From contig CAZZLH010000001.1 in assembly GCA_964654815.1 (NCBI GenBank), positions 1-47,578 on the forward strand: a stretch of 47,578 bases of DNA, in the 5' to 3' direction. This DNA comes from an uncultured Actinomycetes bacterium. GTDB lineage: Bacteria; Actinomycetota; Actinomycetes; Nanopelagicales; Nanopelagicaceae. Under the pieces are notes generated by a model. It made no database searches. It had not been told where the DNA came from and was given only the letters and a program-made list of their open reading frames with translations. The position numbers and the translations under genes were made by a program. Positions 17,559 to 28,195 of the stretch are shown here, piece after piece (within the stretch, counting starts at the first letter, position 1; every line of letters starts with the position of its first letter).

Positions 17559-18758
17559 ATGAGAAAATTCGTCGCCATTTTTGCGGCGATTTCTTTTTCT
17601 ACCTGCATGACTGCTCCGGTGCAAGCTGTAACGAAGAAGCCGACAGTCGAGGAAATCAATGCCGCCAAGAAGGCCGAAGCAGCTAAAAAGGCGGCAGCTG
17701 ATGCACAAGCCAGACAATTAAATAAAGCGAAAGATTCACTTCGAACTCTCACCGCTAAAGCTAATGCGGCACAAGGAAAATACAATGCGGCCTTAGCAGA
17801 ATTGAAGAAAGCCACAGCCATCGCAAATGCCGCCACGGCACACGCTATTGAGGCAGCTACTGCAGTTGATGAGGCGCATCGCAAGATTGGAAAATTAGCC
17901 GCAGATGCTTACATCATGGGTGGAAGTTTTGCCGATATCCAACCGCTGCTTAGCGCTAATGGTCCACAAGATTTAATTGATCAGCTCTCAACTTTAGGGA
18001 AAGTTGGCGCCTCGAATACTCAAGCGCTACAGAGATTTAAGGCCGCAGAGATCGTGGCAAAACAAGCCAAGTTAGCTGCGGATCAAGCAAAGGCCGCGCA
18101 ACAAGCAGCTACTGAGAAGGTAGCAGCTGCTAAGAAAGTTGCAGATGATGCTAGAGCCGCCCAAGCACAAGAGGTAGCAAAATTACAGAAGGTCCAAGAT
18201 AAATTAATGGCGGATCTATTGGCAGCCAGACGAGTCCGAACCACTCTCGAACAACAGCGACAATTGGCGCTGTTAGAAGAGCAGAATGCCACGGTTGCCG
18301 AAACTGTCATTGATCAGAAGAAGATTTGGCCAGATCGTGGATTTAAAGGTCGTTCGACTATTCGAACCACGCCTGAACAGAGAGCAATTGCTCTGGCATA
18401 TGCCATCAAACAGGTTCAAGCTAAGAAACCGTATGTCTGGGGCGCAGAGGGACCAAATGCATTTGATTGTTCAGGATTGGTTTACGCCGCTTATCGCGCA
18501 GCTGGTTTGGGTTGGCCGAATTGGGATCGGTTAAATGCCGCGCTCTATTCGGTATCGACCTTTCACGTACCGCTGTCACAGATGCAGCCGGGAGATCTAC
18601 TTTTCTACTCATATAACGGCTCAATCGCTGCTATTCACCACATCTCTATTTATGCCGGCAATGGCATGGTCTGGGAGGCTCGCAATAAACGAGTCGGATT
18701 GAAGTATTCGAATATGTACTCAATGCCAGGATTAATGCCTTTCGCTGGTCGAGTTTGA
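17559..18758 (+). CDS. Secreted peptidoglycan endopeptidase, NlpC/P60 (C40) with N-terminal coiled coil (RipA-like)
   Basis: Signal peptide MRKFVAIFAAISFSTCMTAPVQA and a long Ala/Lys/Gln-rich coiled coil. The C-terminal catalytic region contains YVWGAEGPNAFDCSGLVYAAY and HHISIYAGNG. Confidence 0.88.
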   Translation: MRKFVAIFAAISFSTCMTAPVQAVTKKPTVEEINAAKKAEAAKKAAADAQARQLNKAKDSLRTLTAKANAAQGKYNAALAELKKATAIANAATAHAIEAATAVDEAHRKIGKLAADAYIMGGSFADIQPLLSANGPQDLIDQLSTLGKVGASNTQALQRFKAAEIVAKQAKLAADQAKAAQQAATEKVAAAKKVADDARAAQAQEVAKLQKVQDKLMADLLAARRVRTTLEQQRQLALLEEQNATVAETVIDQKKIWPDRGFKGRSTIRTTPEQRAIALAYAIKQVQAKKPYVWGAEGPNAFDCSGLVYAAYRAAGLGWPNWDRLNAALYSVSTFHVPLSQMQPGDLLFYSYNGSIAAIHHISIYAGNGMVWEARNKRVGLKYSNMYSMPGLMPFAGRV

Positions 18759-19687
18759 TGGATGCGCTCGTCGCGCTACGTAGTGCAGTACGGGCCGCAA
18801 TAAGTGATTTCTCTGCTGGAGATTTAATTCTCGTAGCGGTATCAGGTGGTGCAGATTCTCTAGCATTATCTGAAGCGGCGAGAATTGAATGCGAGAAGTT
18901 AGCGCTCAAAGTAGAAGCGGTAACTATTGATCATCAATTACAACCAGGTTCGGCAGAGCAGGCCGCCAAAGTGGTAACGCAACTTTCAATTCCTTGCCAG
19001 ATCGAGAGAGTTTCTGTTCAGGTGACTGATGGTTTAGAGGCCTCTGCCAGGCGAGCTCGATACGAAGCTTTAGAGAAAGTGGCGAAATCCAAAGGTGCAG
19101 TCGCGGTACTTCTTGGACATACCAAAGACGATCAAGCCGAGACAGTATTACTTGGACTAGCAAGAGGAAGCGGTGCTCGATCTTTATCTGGTATGTCAGC
19201 AGTAAACGGAATTTATCTGCGTCCATTCCTAGAGATCACTAGGGCGGAGACTTTAAAGGCTTGCCAGGAATTAAATTTAACTCCATGGGACGATCCCCAT
19301 AATAAAGATCAAAGTTTTGCCCGAGTTCGAGTGCGCGAGAAAGTTTTGCCCATTATGGAACGAGAAATCGGACCCGGAATTACTGATGCCTTAGTCAGAA
19401 GCGCGCAGCTGCTACGTGATGATGCAGATGCATTAGATCAACTAGCCCTGCAATTTTGGCAGCGCGATAACAGTTTAGAAGTTGATGCGCTCTCCCAACT
19501 TCCAAGAGCCATTCGTAGCCGCGTCCTAAGACTTGCGCTCTTTGAAAAAGGTGTGGCACAACTCTCGGCGCAGCAGTTGAGCCAAGTTGAGGCGCTTATC
19601 TCCAATTGGAAGGGGCAGGGCGAGGTCAGCCTTCCCTCGGGTGTGAAGGTTTCACGAATTTCGGGCAGACTAACGCTCTCAAATTAG
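18758..19687 (+). CDS. tilS: tRNA(Ile)-lysidine synthetase
   Basis: PP-loop [13 protein letters not shown] 18758 overlaps the upstream stop (TGATG). Confidence 0.9.
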   Translation: MDALVALRSAVRAAISDFSAGDLILVAVSGGADSLALSEAARIECEKLALKVEAVTIDHQLQPGSAEQAAKVVTQLSIPCQIERVSVQVTDGLEASARRARYEALEKVAKSKGAVAVLLGHTKDDQAETVLLGLARGSGARSLSGMSAVNGIYLRPFLEITRAETLKACQELNLTPWDDPHNKDQSFARVRVREKVLPIMEREIGPGITDALVRSAQLLRDDADALDQLALQFWQRDNSLEVDALSQLPRAIRSRVLRLALFEKGVAQLSAQQLSQVEALISNWKGQGEVSLPSGVKVSRISGRLTLSN

Positions 19688-19743
19688 CACCCTCCCGAGC
19701 TGCCAAGCAGATCTCCAGGAGGCGAGATCAAAAAGGGGAGAGC

Positions 19744-20295
19744 GTGGATCACGGACAAGTTGCCGGTGACATCGACCGGGTGATTGTGACTGCCGATCAG
19801 ATTTCAGCTCGAATCAAAGAGCTCGCCAAGCAAGTCGGGGAAGATTATCAAGGTCGCGAGTTGTTACTAGTAGGTGTACTAAAGGGTGCAGTGATGGTGA
19901 TGGCGGACCTAGTTCGTGCCATGGATCGTCACGTTGAAATGGATTGGATGGCGGTCTCTTCTTATGGTTCCGGAACCAAATCAAGTGGTGTGGTGCGGAT
20001 TTTGAAAGATCTTGACCGCGACATCACCAATCGTGAGGTTCTAATTGTGGAAGACATTGTCGATACCGGATTAACTCTCCATTGGCTGAAATCAAATTTG
20101 GAATCTCGTGGTGCGAAAGATGTCCAGATTCTCACCATGCTTCGTAAGCCAGAGGCAGCAAAAGTAGATGTGAATGTGAAGTATGTGGGATTTGATATCC
20201 CAACCGATTTCGTAGTCGGTTACGGATTAGATTTCAACGAAAAGTATCGCAACTTAGATTTCATAGGCGTGTTGGCAAAACACGTATACGCATAA
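19744..20295 (+). CDS. hpt: Hypoxanthine phosphoribosyltransferase
   Basis: PRPP-binding motif [17 protein letters not shown] 19744 is preceded by AAAGGGGAGAG. The longer track ORF (19606) overlaps tilS. Confidence 0.9.
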   Translation: MDHGQVAGDIDRVIVTADQISARIKELAKQVGEDYQGRELLLVGVLKGAVMVMADLVRAMDRHVEMDWMAVSSYGSGTKSSGVVRILKDLDRDITNREVLIVEDIVDTGLTLHWLKSNLESRGAKDVQILTMLRKPEAAKVDVNVKYVGFDIPTDFVVGYGLDFNEKYRNLDFIGVLAKHVYA

Positions 20296-20309
20296 GACGA
20301 GAGAGATAA

Positions 20310-22343
20310 ATGACCGAGAAGAAGCAACCACGCAAACCCAATCTGCCCCAAAATAATCTACGCAAGTTCACACGTGGTCCACTCTTTTGGATCGTCTTGG
20401 GTATCTTGGCGGTAACTTTCTTTGGTCAAATCTCCTCCGCTTCTAATCGTTATACCGAGGTAAAGACCTCACAGATCCTTGATGCCATCTCCAAGGGCGA
20501 AGTCTCTACCGCCACAGTGGTGGATAAAGATCAAATCGTAAAAATCGTCCTAAATGATGGCGTAAAAATCAACGGTTCAGATAAAGTCCAAGCTTCATAC
20601 ATAGTCCGTCAAGAACCCACCATCATTGATGCGCTAACTAGCAATCCGCCAGCTAAAGGCTGGAATGTGGTGGTTCCATCCCAATCATTATTGGTTACCT
20701 TCTTACTTTCTATCGCACCATTTCTATTAATCACGCTGCTCTTCTTCTGGTTGATGAGCCAAGCAAATGGCGGTGGCCGAGCCATGCAATTTGGTAGATC
20801 ACGTGCCAAATTGCAGGATGCCGAAGCACCAAAGACCACCTTTGCCGATGTCGCAGGTGCAGATGAAGCGGTTCAAGAATTAGAAGAGATTAGGGATTTC
20901 TTATCTAATCCTGGAAGATATAAAGAGTTGGGTGCAAAAATCCCAAGAGGTGTGCTGCTCTATGGCCCACCGGGCACCGGTAAAACTTTATTAGCCAGAG
21001 CAGTAGCAGGCGAAGCAAAGGTTCCGTTCTATTCCATCTCCGGTTCTGATTTCGTAGAGATGTTTGTTGGTGTTGGAGCGGCCCGCGTAAGAGATCTCTT
21101 TAATAAGGCAAAAGAAACCTCACCCGCCATCGTTTTTGTTGATGAGATTGATGCGGTTGGACGTCAACGTGGCGCAGGTTTAGGTGGCGGCCATGATGAG
21201 CGCGAACAGACTTTGAATCAATTGTTGGTTGAAATGGATGGCTTTGACGATCAAACCCAGGTGATATTGATCGCCGCTACAAATCGACCGGATGTCTTAG
21301 ATCCGGCGCTACTTCGTCCAGGTCGATTTGATCGACAAATCCCAGTGGAGCGCCCAGACTTAAAGGGACGCGAAGCAATACTTAAGGTGCATTCAAAGAA
21401 TAAGCCTCTGGATAAGAATTTAGATTTAACTGCAATAGCTCGTCGCACACCTGGCTTTACCGGTGCAGATTTGGCGAATGTTCTTAATGAGGCAGCGCTT
21501 CTTACCGCACGAAACAATGAGAAATTAATTACTTTGAGTGCAATAGATGAATCAATTGATCGCGTTATGGCTGGCCCACAGAAGAAGACGCGAATCATGA
21601 GCGATGAAGAGCGCCGTGTTACCGCTTATCACGAAGGCGGTCACGCATTAGTAGCGCATGCGCTACCTCATACTGACCCAGTTCATAAGATCACCATCAT
21701 GCCTAGGGGTAGAGCGCTGGGCTACACCATGGTGCTTCCAGATGAAGATAAATATTCAGTTACTCGCAATCAGTTACTTGATCAATTGGCCTACACCTTG
21801 GGTGGTCGCGCTGCGGAGGAGTTGATCTTCCACGATCCATCGACAGGTGCAAGCAATGACATTGAAAAAGCTACCGCGCTTGCACGTCAGATGGTCACGC
21901 AATATGGAATGACCGAGGCGATTGGTGCAATTAAATTAGGCACCAACTCCGCGGAGCCATTCTTAGGCCGCGACTTTTCACACCAGCGTGATTATTCAGA
22001 GAATCTCGCAGGGATCGTGGACTCTGAGATCCGTAAATTAATTGAGAATGCTCATCAAGAAGCCTTTGATATTTTGGAGGTTAATCGTGCGATTCTTGAT
22101 GAATTGGTCGTGGTGCTATTGGAGAAAGAGACCTTGTTAAAAGATGAGATTGAGGTCATCTTCAAAAATGTCCGAGCAGTAAAACCGCGCCCAGCTTGGA
22201 CTGGCTCTAGCACTCGAAAGCCATCCAGCAAACCTCCGGTTGCGATCCCAGCGCCAAAGCCAGAGATTAAGGCAAGCGAAAATGGTACGAAGCCAAAACC
22301 AAAGAAGAGCGCTACTCGTAAGAAAGCCGAAGGCGCGAAGTAA
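20310..22343 (+). CDS. ftsH: ATP-dependent zinc metalloprotease FtsH
   Basis: Two N-terminal TM helices, Walker A GPPGTGKT, Walker B IVFVDEID, zinc motif HEGGHA, and a Lys/Pro-rich tail. Confidence 0.97.
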   Translation: MTEKKQPRKPNLPQNNLRKFTRGPLFWIVLGILAVTFFGQISSASNRYTEVKTSQILDAISKGEVSTATVVDKDQIVKIVLNDGVKINGSDKVQASYIVRQEPTIIDALTSNPPAKGWNVVVPSQSLLVTFLLSIAPFLLITLLFFWLMSQANGGGRAMQFGRSRAKLQDAEAPKTTFADVAGADEAVQELEEIRDFLSNPGRYKELGAKIPRGVLLYGPPGTGKTLLARAVAGEAKVPFYSISGSDFVEMFVGVGAARVRDLFNKAKETSPAIVFVDEIDAVGRQRGAGLGGGHDEREQTLNQLLVEMDGFDDQTQVILIAATNRPDVLDPALLRPGRFDRQIPVERPDLKGREAILKVHSKNKPLDKNLDLTAIARRTPGFTGADLANVLNEAALLTARNNEKLITLSAIDESIDRVMAGPQKKTRIMSDEERRVTAYHEGGHALVAHALPHTDPVHKITIMPRGRALGYTMVLPDEDKYSVTRNQLLDQLAYTLGGRAAEELIFHDPSTGASNDIEKATALARQMVTQYGMTEAIGAIKLGTNSAEPFLGRDFSHQRDYSENLAGIVDSEIRKLIENAHQEAFDILEVNRAILDELVVVLLEKETLLKDEIEVIFKNVRAVKPRPAWTGSSTRKPSSKPPVAIPAPKPEIKASENGTKPKPKKSATRKKAEGAK

Positions 22344-22345
22344 CT

Positions 22346-22957
22346 TTGAGTAATATCGAATCGGTTTCGATGGGGCCAGAGGATGGCCGCGCCCAAAAAC
22401 CATATGACGAGAAACGGGCAGAGGCAGCCGTGCGCGAACTTCTGCTGGCACTTGGCGAAGATCCAAATCGCGAAGGTTTAAAAGATACTCCAGCACGAGT
22501 AGCGCGAGCCTACGCCGAGAATTTTGCAGGGCTATATCAATCACCAAGAGATGTACTAACCACCACTTTCGATATTGGCCATGAAGAGTTAGTGATTGTC
22601 AGAGATATTGAAGTCTTTTCCCAGTGCGAACATCACTTGACACCGTTTCATGGCGTGGCTCATGTTGGCTATATTCCAAAAGGTAAGATCACCGGACTAT
22701 CCAAGATTGCTCGGCTGGTTGATGTTTTTGCCCGCCGACCGCAGGTTCAGGAGCGCTTAACTTCTCAAATTGCCGATGCCATGGTCGAGATTCTTGATTG
22801 TGCCGGAGTCATAGTGATTATCGATTGCGAGCACTTATGCATGTCTATGCGCGGCGTTCGCAAAGCTGAGGCAAGAACCGTAACCTCTGCAGTTCGTGGC
22901 GAATTGCGAAATGCGGCAACACGTGCCGAAGCCATCAGCTTAATCACCAATAGGTAA
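22346..22957 (+). CDS. folE: GTP cyclohydrolase I
   Basis: Active-site region [12 protein letters not shown]. The start is TTG 22346, or alternatively ATG 22370. Confidence 0.93.
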   Translation: MSNIESVSMGPEDGRAQKPYDEKRAEAAVRELLLALGEDPNREGLKDTPARVARAYAENFAGLYQSPRDVLTTTFDIGHEELVIVRDIEVFSQCEHHLTPFHGVAHVGYIPKGKITGLSKIARLVDVFARRPQVQERLTSQIADAMVEILDCAGVIVIIDCEHLCMSMRGVRKAEARTVTSAVRGELRNAATRAEAISLITNR

Positions 22958-22962
22958 TAACC

Positions 22963-23751
22963 ATGACCTTGGTTATGGGCATATTAAATGTCACGCCCGA
23001 TTCATTCTCTGATGGCGGAAAATATCTAGATCCAAAAGTTGCGATTGCACGTGGCTTAGAGATGGTCGAAGAGGGCGCAACTATTGTCGATGTCGGCGGA
23101 GAATCAACCAAGCCTGGCGCTGAGCGAGTCAGCATGGATGAGGAGCTGACGCGAGTAATTCCCGTAGTTCATGGTTTGGCCAAGGCGGGAGTGATGGTCA
23201 GTATTGACACGATGCGCGCTGAGGTTGCAGCCCTTGCTGTTGCAGCAGGTGCCAGGGCGATAAATGATGTTAGTGGCGGATTATCCGATATAGCGATGCA
23301 CGCAACTGCAGCCGCATTGAAAACCCAATACATATGTATGCATTGGCGTGGCCAATCAAAAGATATGGATTCACTTGCAGTCTATGACGATGTAGTTGCT
23401 GATGTCATTAAGGAGCTAACCAAGCAAATTGCATCGGCGTTATTAGCGGGAATCGAACCAGCTAAATTGGTGATTGATCCAGGTCTTGGTTTTGCTAAGA
23501 ATGCAGAGCAGAACTGGGAGCTACTTAGAAACATCGATAAATTCAAAGAGTTGGGCTTTCCCATTCTGGTGGGTGGCTCACGAAAGAGATTCTTGGGCGG
23601 CAATGATCCGGCTGAGCGCGAGAACGCCTCAATTGCATTGACAACATGGCTGGCCACAAAAGATATTTGGGGCGTGCGCACTCATAGCGTTAAACCACAT
23701 GTTGATGCGATAAATCTTGTCGGTCAAGTTTCAAATGGCCAAGCATCATGA
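22963..23751 (+). CDS. folP: Dihydropteroate synthase
   Basis: GILNVTPDSFSDGG and GGESTKPG motifs. Confidence 0.95.
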   Translation: MTLVMGILNVTPDSFSDGGKYLDPKVAIARGLEMVEEGATIVDVGGESTKPGAERVSMDEELTRVIPVVHGLAKAGVMVSIDTMRAEVAALAVAAGARAINDVSGGLSDIAMHATAAALKTQYICMHWRGQSKDMDSLAVYDDVVADVIKELTKQIASALLAGIEPAKLVIDPGLGFAKNAEQNWELLRNIDKFKELGFPILVGGSRKRFLGGNDPAERENASIALTTWLATKDIWGVRTHSVKPHVDAINLVGQVSNGQAS

Positions 23752-24110
23752 GCGACCGCATTGAGTTAAAGGGCATCGAAGCATTTGGTTTTCATGGGGT
23801 CTTTGCCGAGGAACGGCGCAATGGCCAAGTTTTCTATGCCGATATCCATGCTGAATTAGATTTAGAGCCAGCATCTAATAGTGATGATTTGGCGGACACC
23901 GTTGATTATGGCGCGATCGTCGATCTGGTTATTGAAGATATTGAGAGTGAACCGTGCCAATTAATCGAGCATCTTGGTGGTCGAATCGCCGATCGCATAC
24001 TCTTTGAATTTCATAAGATTAATAAAGTCGCAGTCACAATCCACAAACCAAGTGCGCCAGTAAATGGCAGCGTACTTGATATTGCGGTGACTATCGAACG
24101 GAATCGATGA
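23748..24110 (+). CDS. folB: Dihydroneopterin aldolase
   Basis: A 120-aa protein with the IELKGIEAFGFHGVFAEERRNGQ pattern, ATGA-coupled between folP and folK. Confidence 0.88.
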   Translation: MSDRIELKGIEAFGFHGVFAEERRNGQVFYADIHAELDLEPASNSDDLADTVDYGAIVDLVIEDIESEPCQLIEHLGGRIADRILFEFHKINKVAVTIHKPSAPVNGSVLDIAVTIERNR

Positions 24111-24553
24111 AAGCGATAATTGCGCTAGGTTCAAATATTGGAGATCCAAAAGAGAATCTAGATTTAGCCGTCGCAATGTTGCGCGAAGCAACTGACTTGC
24201 AGAAGGTCTCGAGCTATTACCAAACCAAGCCTGTGGGTTACACAGATCAACCTGATTTCTTAAACGCAGTCTGCATAATCGAAACTGATTTACCTGCCAT
24301 AGAGTTACTAAAGATGTTGCAGGGTATCGAGAAGGCGATGGGGCGTGAGCGAACCATTAAATGGGGGCCACGGAGTATTGATCTAGACATCGTTCAATAT
24401 GGATCAATCATCTCCAAAGCAGATGAGTTGACGCTGCCGCACCCACGAGCGCACGAACGTAAATTCGTATTGGAGCCATGGCTTGAAATCGAGCCAGATG
24501 GTGAATTAATCACGCATGGCAAGATAAAAGAGTTACTCAAAGCTCTCGACTAA
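24107..24553 (+). CDS. folK: 2-amino-4-hydroxy-6-hydroxymethyldihydropteridine diphosphokinase (HPPK)
   Basis: ALGSNIG, RSIDLDIV and LPHPRAHERKFVLEPW motifs. Confidence 0.92.
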   Translation: MKAIIALGSNIGDPKENLDLAVAMLREATDLQKVSSYYQTKPVGYTDQPDFLNAVCIIETDLPAIELLKMLQGIEKAMGRERTIKWGPRSIDLDIVQYGSIISKADELTLPHPRAHERKFVLEPWLEIEPDGELITHGKIKELLKALD

Positions 24554-24563
24554 TTAAGTAAGT

Positions 24564-24569
24564 TATAAT
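24564..24569 (+). promoter_or_regulatory. Consensus TATAAT hexamer 40 nt upstream of panC
   Basis: A perfect -10 consensus in the 55-bp folK-panC spacer. No convincing -35 element was seen. Confidence 0.3.
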
Positions 24570-24608
24570 TTCTTCCTACCCGGTACCCGCGATGGACTGG
24601 AGTGTTAA

Positions 24609-25337
24609 ATGACAGAAACGGGATTTGTCCCGACCATGGGCGCGTTGCATGCTGGTCATGCGGCGCTGATTAGCGCTGCCCGGGCGCGTACCGAGCGGGT
24701 AATAGTCAGCGTATTTGTTAATCCACTCCAATTTAACGATCCAGATGATCTAAAGCGATATCCCCGTACTCCAGAACATGATCGCGAAATTGCAATAAGC
24801 GCGGGTGCAAGCGAAGTTTGGTTCCCAACTTATGAAGAAATTTATCCGAAAGAACCAAAGTTGATCGAAGCTGGTCCAGTGGGAGCTTTGTTCGAGGGTG
24901 CTGCCAGGCCAGGGCATTTCAATGGCATGCTCACAGTGGTTAAGCGTTTATTTGATTTAGTCCAGCCAGATTTTGCTCTCTTTGGCGAGAAGGATTTTCA
25001 ACAATTATTTCTGGTTAAAGAGATGGTTACAAAACATGAATTACCGATTGAAATCGTCTCGCATCCAATAGTCCGCGAGCCAGATGGATTAGCCATGTCA
25101 TCCCGAAATATCCGTTTGACTAGCCAGCAGAGAGAGCAAGCCACAATCATCTATCGAGCTCTTAAATCTGGTCCAGAAAAGTTAAGAGAGGTGCTGGACA
25201 GTGAGCCAGCTTGGCAGACTGACTATGCAGCCGTAATAAATCCGGAGAATTTCCAAGTAGAGCCAGCACCAAGGCAACGCGCCATCGTGGCTGGTTGGCT
25301 TGGCCAAGTCCGACTAATAGACAATATGGAGTACTAA
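24609..25337 (+). CDS. panC: Pantoate-beta-alanine ligase (N-terminally short form)
   Basis: VPTMGALHAGH, GEKDFQQ and MSSRN motifs. Only 7 residues precede the PTMG motif, and an in-frame TAA lies directly upstream of the ATG. Confidence 0.88.
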   Translation: MTETGFVPTMGALHAGHAALISAARARTERVIVSVFVNPLQFNDPDDLKRYPRTPEHDREIAISAGASEVWFPTYEEIYPKEPKLIEAGPVGALFEGAARPGHFNGMLTVVKRLFDLVQPDFALFGEKDFQQLFLVKEMVTKHELPIEIVSHPIVREPDGLAMSSRNIRLTSQQREQATIIYRALKSGPEKLREVLDSEPAWQTDYAAVINPENFQVEPAPRQRAIVAGWLGQVRLIDNMEY

Positions 25338-26102
25338 ATGTTACTGAGCGTAGATGTAGGTAATACCAACACAGTATTGGGAACCTTCCTTGGAGATGAG
25401 CTGACCCATTCTTGGCGAGTAAAGACCGATCCACGAAGTACCGCAGATGAACTTTGGTTGCAGTTTCGCGCCTTAGTTGAAGGCTTTGAAATTACCGGAC
25501 TTTCCATCTGTTCAACCGTGCCTGCGACCTTACGTGAATTGCGAACCATGATCGATAGTTATTTTTCAAATATCCCGACCACGATAGTTGAGCCAGGCAT
25601 CAAAACTGGTGTGCCGTTGCTGGTCGATAATCCCAAAGAGATTGGTGCAGATCGCATCGTTAATACTTTGGCGGCCCACACTATTTATGGCGGCCCAGCA
25701 ATCGTGGTCGATTTTGGTACATCCACCAATCTCGATGTGGTCTCTCCAAAGGGTGAATTCTTAGGCGGTGCTTTAGCGCCCGGTATCGAAATCTCTGTGG
25801 ATGCGCTGGCGCAACGTGCCGCACAATTAAGAAAAGTGGAGTTAATCAAACCAAGATCAGTAATCGGAAAGAATACGGTGGAAGCGTTGCAGTCGGGCAC
25901 CATCTATGGTTTTGCGGGTCAGGTTGATGGCTTGGTAAGTCGTATCTCCGAGGAGCTTGAGGCGCAATATAAAGAGCGACCAACAGTTATCGCCACCGGT
26001 GGATTAGCGCCATTGATTTTTGGAGTTGCAGATACTTTAGATGAGCATGAGCCAGATTTAACGCTAATTGGCCTACGTTTAATTCACGAACGTAATACAT
26101 GA
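25338..26102 (+). CDS. coaX: Type III pantothenate kinase
   Basis: MLLSVDVGNTNT, VVDFGTSTN and IATGG motifs. The start codon abuts the panC stop. Confidence 0.92.
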   Translation: MLLSVDVGNTNTVLGTFLGDELTHSWRVKTDPRSTADELWLQFRALVEGFEITGLSICSTVPATLRELRTMIDSYFSNIPTTIVEPGIKTGVPLLVDNPKEIGADRIVNTLAAHTIYGGPAIVVDFGTSTNLDVVSPKGEFLGGALAPGIEISVDALAQRAAQLRKVELIKPRSVIGKNTVEALQSGTIYGFAGQVDGLVSRISEELEAQYKERPTVIATGGLAPLIFGVADTLDEHEPDLTLIGLRLIHERNT

Positions 26103-26122
26103 TTAGATAGACTCACACACCT

Positions 26123-27610
26123 ATGAGCAATCTGGACGAGGATTTACCGGAACAGATGCGGATTCGCCGCGAGAAGCGCGACCGCATCATCGAATCGGGT
26201 AAAGAGGCCTATCCAGTCTCGGTACCACGCACTAAATCCTTAGCTGAGATACGTAGTAAGTACCAGGCACTTGAGATTGATGTTGCAACTGGCGATATTG
26301 AATCTATTGCGGGTCGAATCATCTTCAAACGAGACACCGGTAAATTGTGCTTTGCCAATTTACGTGAAGGAGAAGGCACAGAGCTACAAGTCATGCTCTC
26401 GCTAGATAAAGTGGGGGCAGAACGGTTAGAAAGTTGGAAGAGTGATATCGATCTTGGCGATATCGTCTCGGTAACTGGTGAGGTAATCACATCAAAGCGC
26501 GGAGAACTCTCAATTCTGGCGCAGGATTTCCAAATTGCCGCAAAGGCACTTCGTCCATTGCCGGTGGAGCATAAGCCGCTAAATGAAGAGACTCGAGTTA
26601 GACAGCGCTATGTAGATCTAATCGTTAGACCGCAGGCACGTGAGATGGCTCGGATCCGTCCTCAAGTGATGTCATCGCTTCGAAATACTTTCGCAAGTGA
26701 AGGGTTTCTAGAGGTAGAAACTCCGATGTTGCAGGTGATGCATGGTGGCGCCGCAGCACGACCATTCAAGACACATTCCAACGCCTATGACATTCCTCTC
26801 TACTTACGAATTGCGCCAGAACTCTTTTTAAAGCGCTGCGTTGTGGGTGGCATCGAGCGAGTCTTTGAAATTAACCGTAATTTCCGTAATGAAGGAGCAG
26901 ATTCCAGCCATTCACCAGAATTTGTGATGATCGAGTCTTATCAAGCGTATGGGGATTGGCGCTCTATCGCAGAGTTGACCAAGAAATTGGTACAGCGTGC
27001 TGCAATGGATGTATTTGGCTCTCATGTCGTAACGCATCACGATGGCACGCAATTAGATCTAGGTGGCGAATGGGCAGAGGTCTCTCTCTACCAAGTCATA
27101 ACTGATACAGTGGGGCAAGAGGTCACCGCGCTTACTCCTTATGCCGAGCTTAAGAAAATCGCGGAGAGATTAGGCATGAAAGTTGATCCAAAATGGATCA
27201 CTGGAAAGCTTGCCGAAGAGATTTTTGAGCATGTAGGCAAGGAAGCATTAATCAAGCCAACTTTTGTGATGGGCTTTCCAGTTGATACCTCACCGCTAGT
27301 CAGGCAGCATCGTGAGATTCCTGGAGTCGTGGAGAAGTGGGATCTTTACGTACAGGGATTTGAACTTGCCACCGGCTATTCAGAATTAATTGATCCCATA
27401 ATTCAACGTGAACGTTTGGTGGAGCAGGCAAGACTTGGCGCAAAGGGCGATGAAGAGGCGATGCCTCTTGATGAAGAGTTCCTAAAAGCAATGGAGTTTG
27501 GCATGCCGCCTATGGGTGGAATGGGCATGGGCGCAGATAGATTGTTAATGGCTTTAACCGGACTTGGTATCCGCGAAACCATTCTCTTTCCTCTAGTAAA
27601 GCCGGAGTAA
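26123..27610 (+). CDS. lysS: Lysine-tRNA ligase, class II
   Basis: OB-fold N-terminal domain and class II core with [17 protein letters not shown] and GMGMGADRL motifs. Confidence 0.96.
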   Translation: MSNLDEDLPEQMRIRREKRDRIIESGKEAYPVSVPRTKSLAEIRSKYQALEIDVATGDIESIAGRIIFKRDTGKLCFANLREGEGTELQVMLSLDKVGAERLESWKSDIDLGDIVSVTGEVITSKRGELSILAQDFQIAAKALRPLPVEHKPLNEETRVRQRYVDLIVRPQAREMARIRPQVMSSLRNTFASEGFLEVETPMLQVMHGGAAARPFKTHSNAYDIPLYLRIAPELFLKRCVVGGIERVFEINRNFRNEGADSSHSPEFVMIESYQAYGDWRSIAELTKKLVQRAAMDVFGSHVVTHHDGTQLDLGGEWAEVSLYQVITDTVGQEVTALTPYAELKKIAERLGMKVDPKWITGKLAEEIFEHVGKEALIKPTFVMGFPVDTSPLVRQHREIPGVVEKWDLYVQGFELATGYSELIDPIIQRERLVEQARLGAKGDEEAMPLDEEFLKAMEFGMPPMGGMGMGADRLLMALTGLGIRETILFPLVKPE

Positions 27611-27615
27611 CTTCA

Positions 27616-28119
27616 ATGGCGATCGAAATCAGAGCCGCGCGCACATCGGATGTAAAGGGAATTCGTAAGTTAATTGATACTTATGCGCCACAACGTCGAA
27701 TTCTCTCCAAAGAGACTGTGACGCTTTATGAATCAGTCCAAGAATTTGTCGTAGCAGTAGATGGTGATCAAGTAATTGGTTGCGGTGCGCTACATGTGCT
27801 CTGGGAAGATGTGGCCGAAGTTCGTACCGTTGCAGTACTTGAAGAGTTACGTGGCAAAGGAATCGGCCACCGCATTCTTGAGCAATTAATCGAACGCGCG
27901 GGCAACTTGGGGGTAAAGCGAATCTTCTGTCTAACATTTGAGACGGAGTTTTTCGGCCGCCATGGTTTTAGCGCGATTCAAGGCGCTCCGGTCGAGCCTG
28001 CGGTCTATCAAGAGCTCCTCCGCAGTTACGATGAAGGTATCGCAGAGCTCCTGGATCTGGAGTCCTCCAAGCCGAATACTCTAGGAAATACCAGGATGGT
28101 TAAGATTCTCTCTCACTGA
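27616..28119 (+). CDS. GNAT amino-acid N-acetyltransferase (short-form N-acetylglutamate synthase-like)
   Basis: GNAT core RGKGIGHRILEQLIERA. The overall pattern (RTSDV..I..LID.YA, TLYESVQEF, CGALHVLWEDVAEVRTVAV, LTFETEFF.RHGF) resembles the ~170-aa mycobacterial ArgA (Rv2747), recalled from memory. Confidence 0.65.
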   Translation: MAIEIRAARTSDVKGIRKLIDTYAPQRRILSKETVTLYESVQEFVVAVDGDQVIGCGALHVLWEDVAEVRTVAVLEELRGKGIGHRILEQLIERAGNLGVKRIFCLTFETEFFGRHGFSAIQGAPVEPAVYQELLRSYDEGIAELLDLESSKPNTLGNTRMVKILSH

Positions 28120-28195
28120 GCACCCGCAAAGGTGATTTTCGAGGGCATAAATCCCCAGGCTTATTGGTTAGGCTATTTGCAACCAAGGAGGTTCC

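Noticed and set aside
17459-18310. Antisense ORFs (17459-17884 minus, 141 aa; 18083-18310 minus, 75 aa) opposite the NlpC/P60 gene
   Set aside because: They lie opposite the Ala/Lys/Gln-rich coiled-coil region, whose GCN-rich codons read as open Ala/Cys/Ser-rich frames on the other strand. They have no recognisable motifs or start context, whereas the sense gene has clear catalytic motifs.
19606-19743. 229-aa version of hpt starting at 19606
   Set aside because: It overlaps the tilS 3' end by 82 nt and adds a non-conserved, Arg/Gly-rich N-terminus. GTG 19744 has a strong AAAGGGGAG ribosome-binding site and gives the normal ~183-aa Hpt.
28164-28186. Inverted repeat TTGGTT-N11-AACCAA abutting the clpC ribosome-binding site (AAGGAGG begins inside the 3' arm)
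   Set aside because: It is only a 6-bp AT-rich stem with an 11-nt loop, so it is thermodynamically weak and expected by chance. No ClgR-like operator was recognised either.
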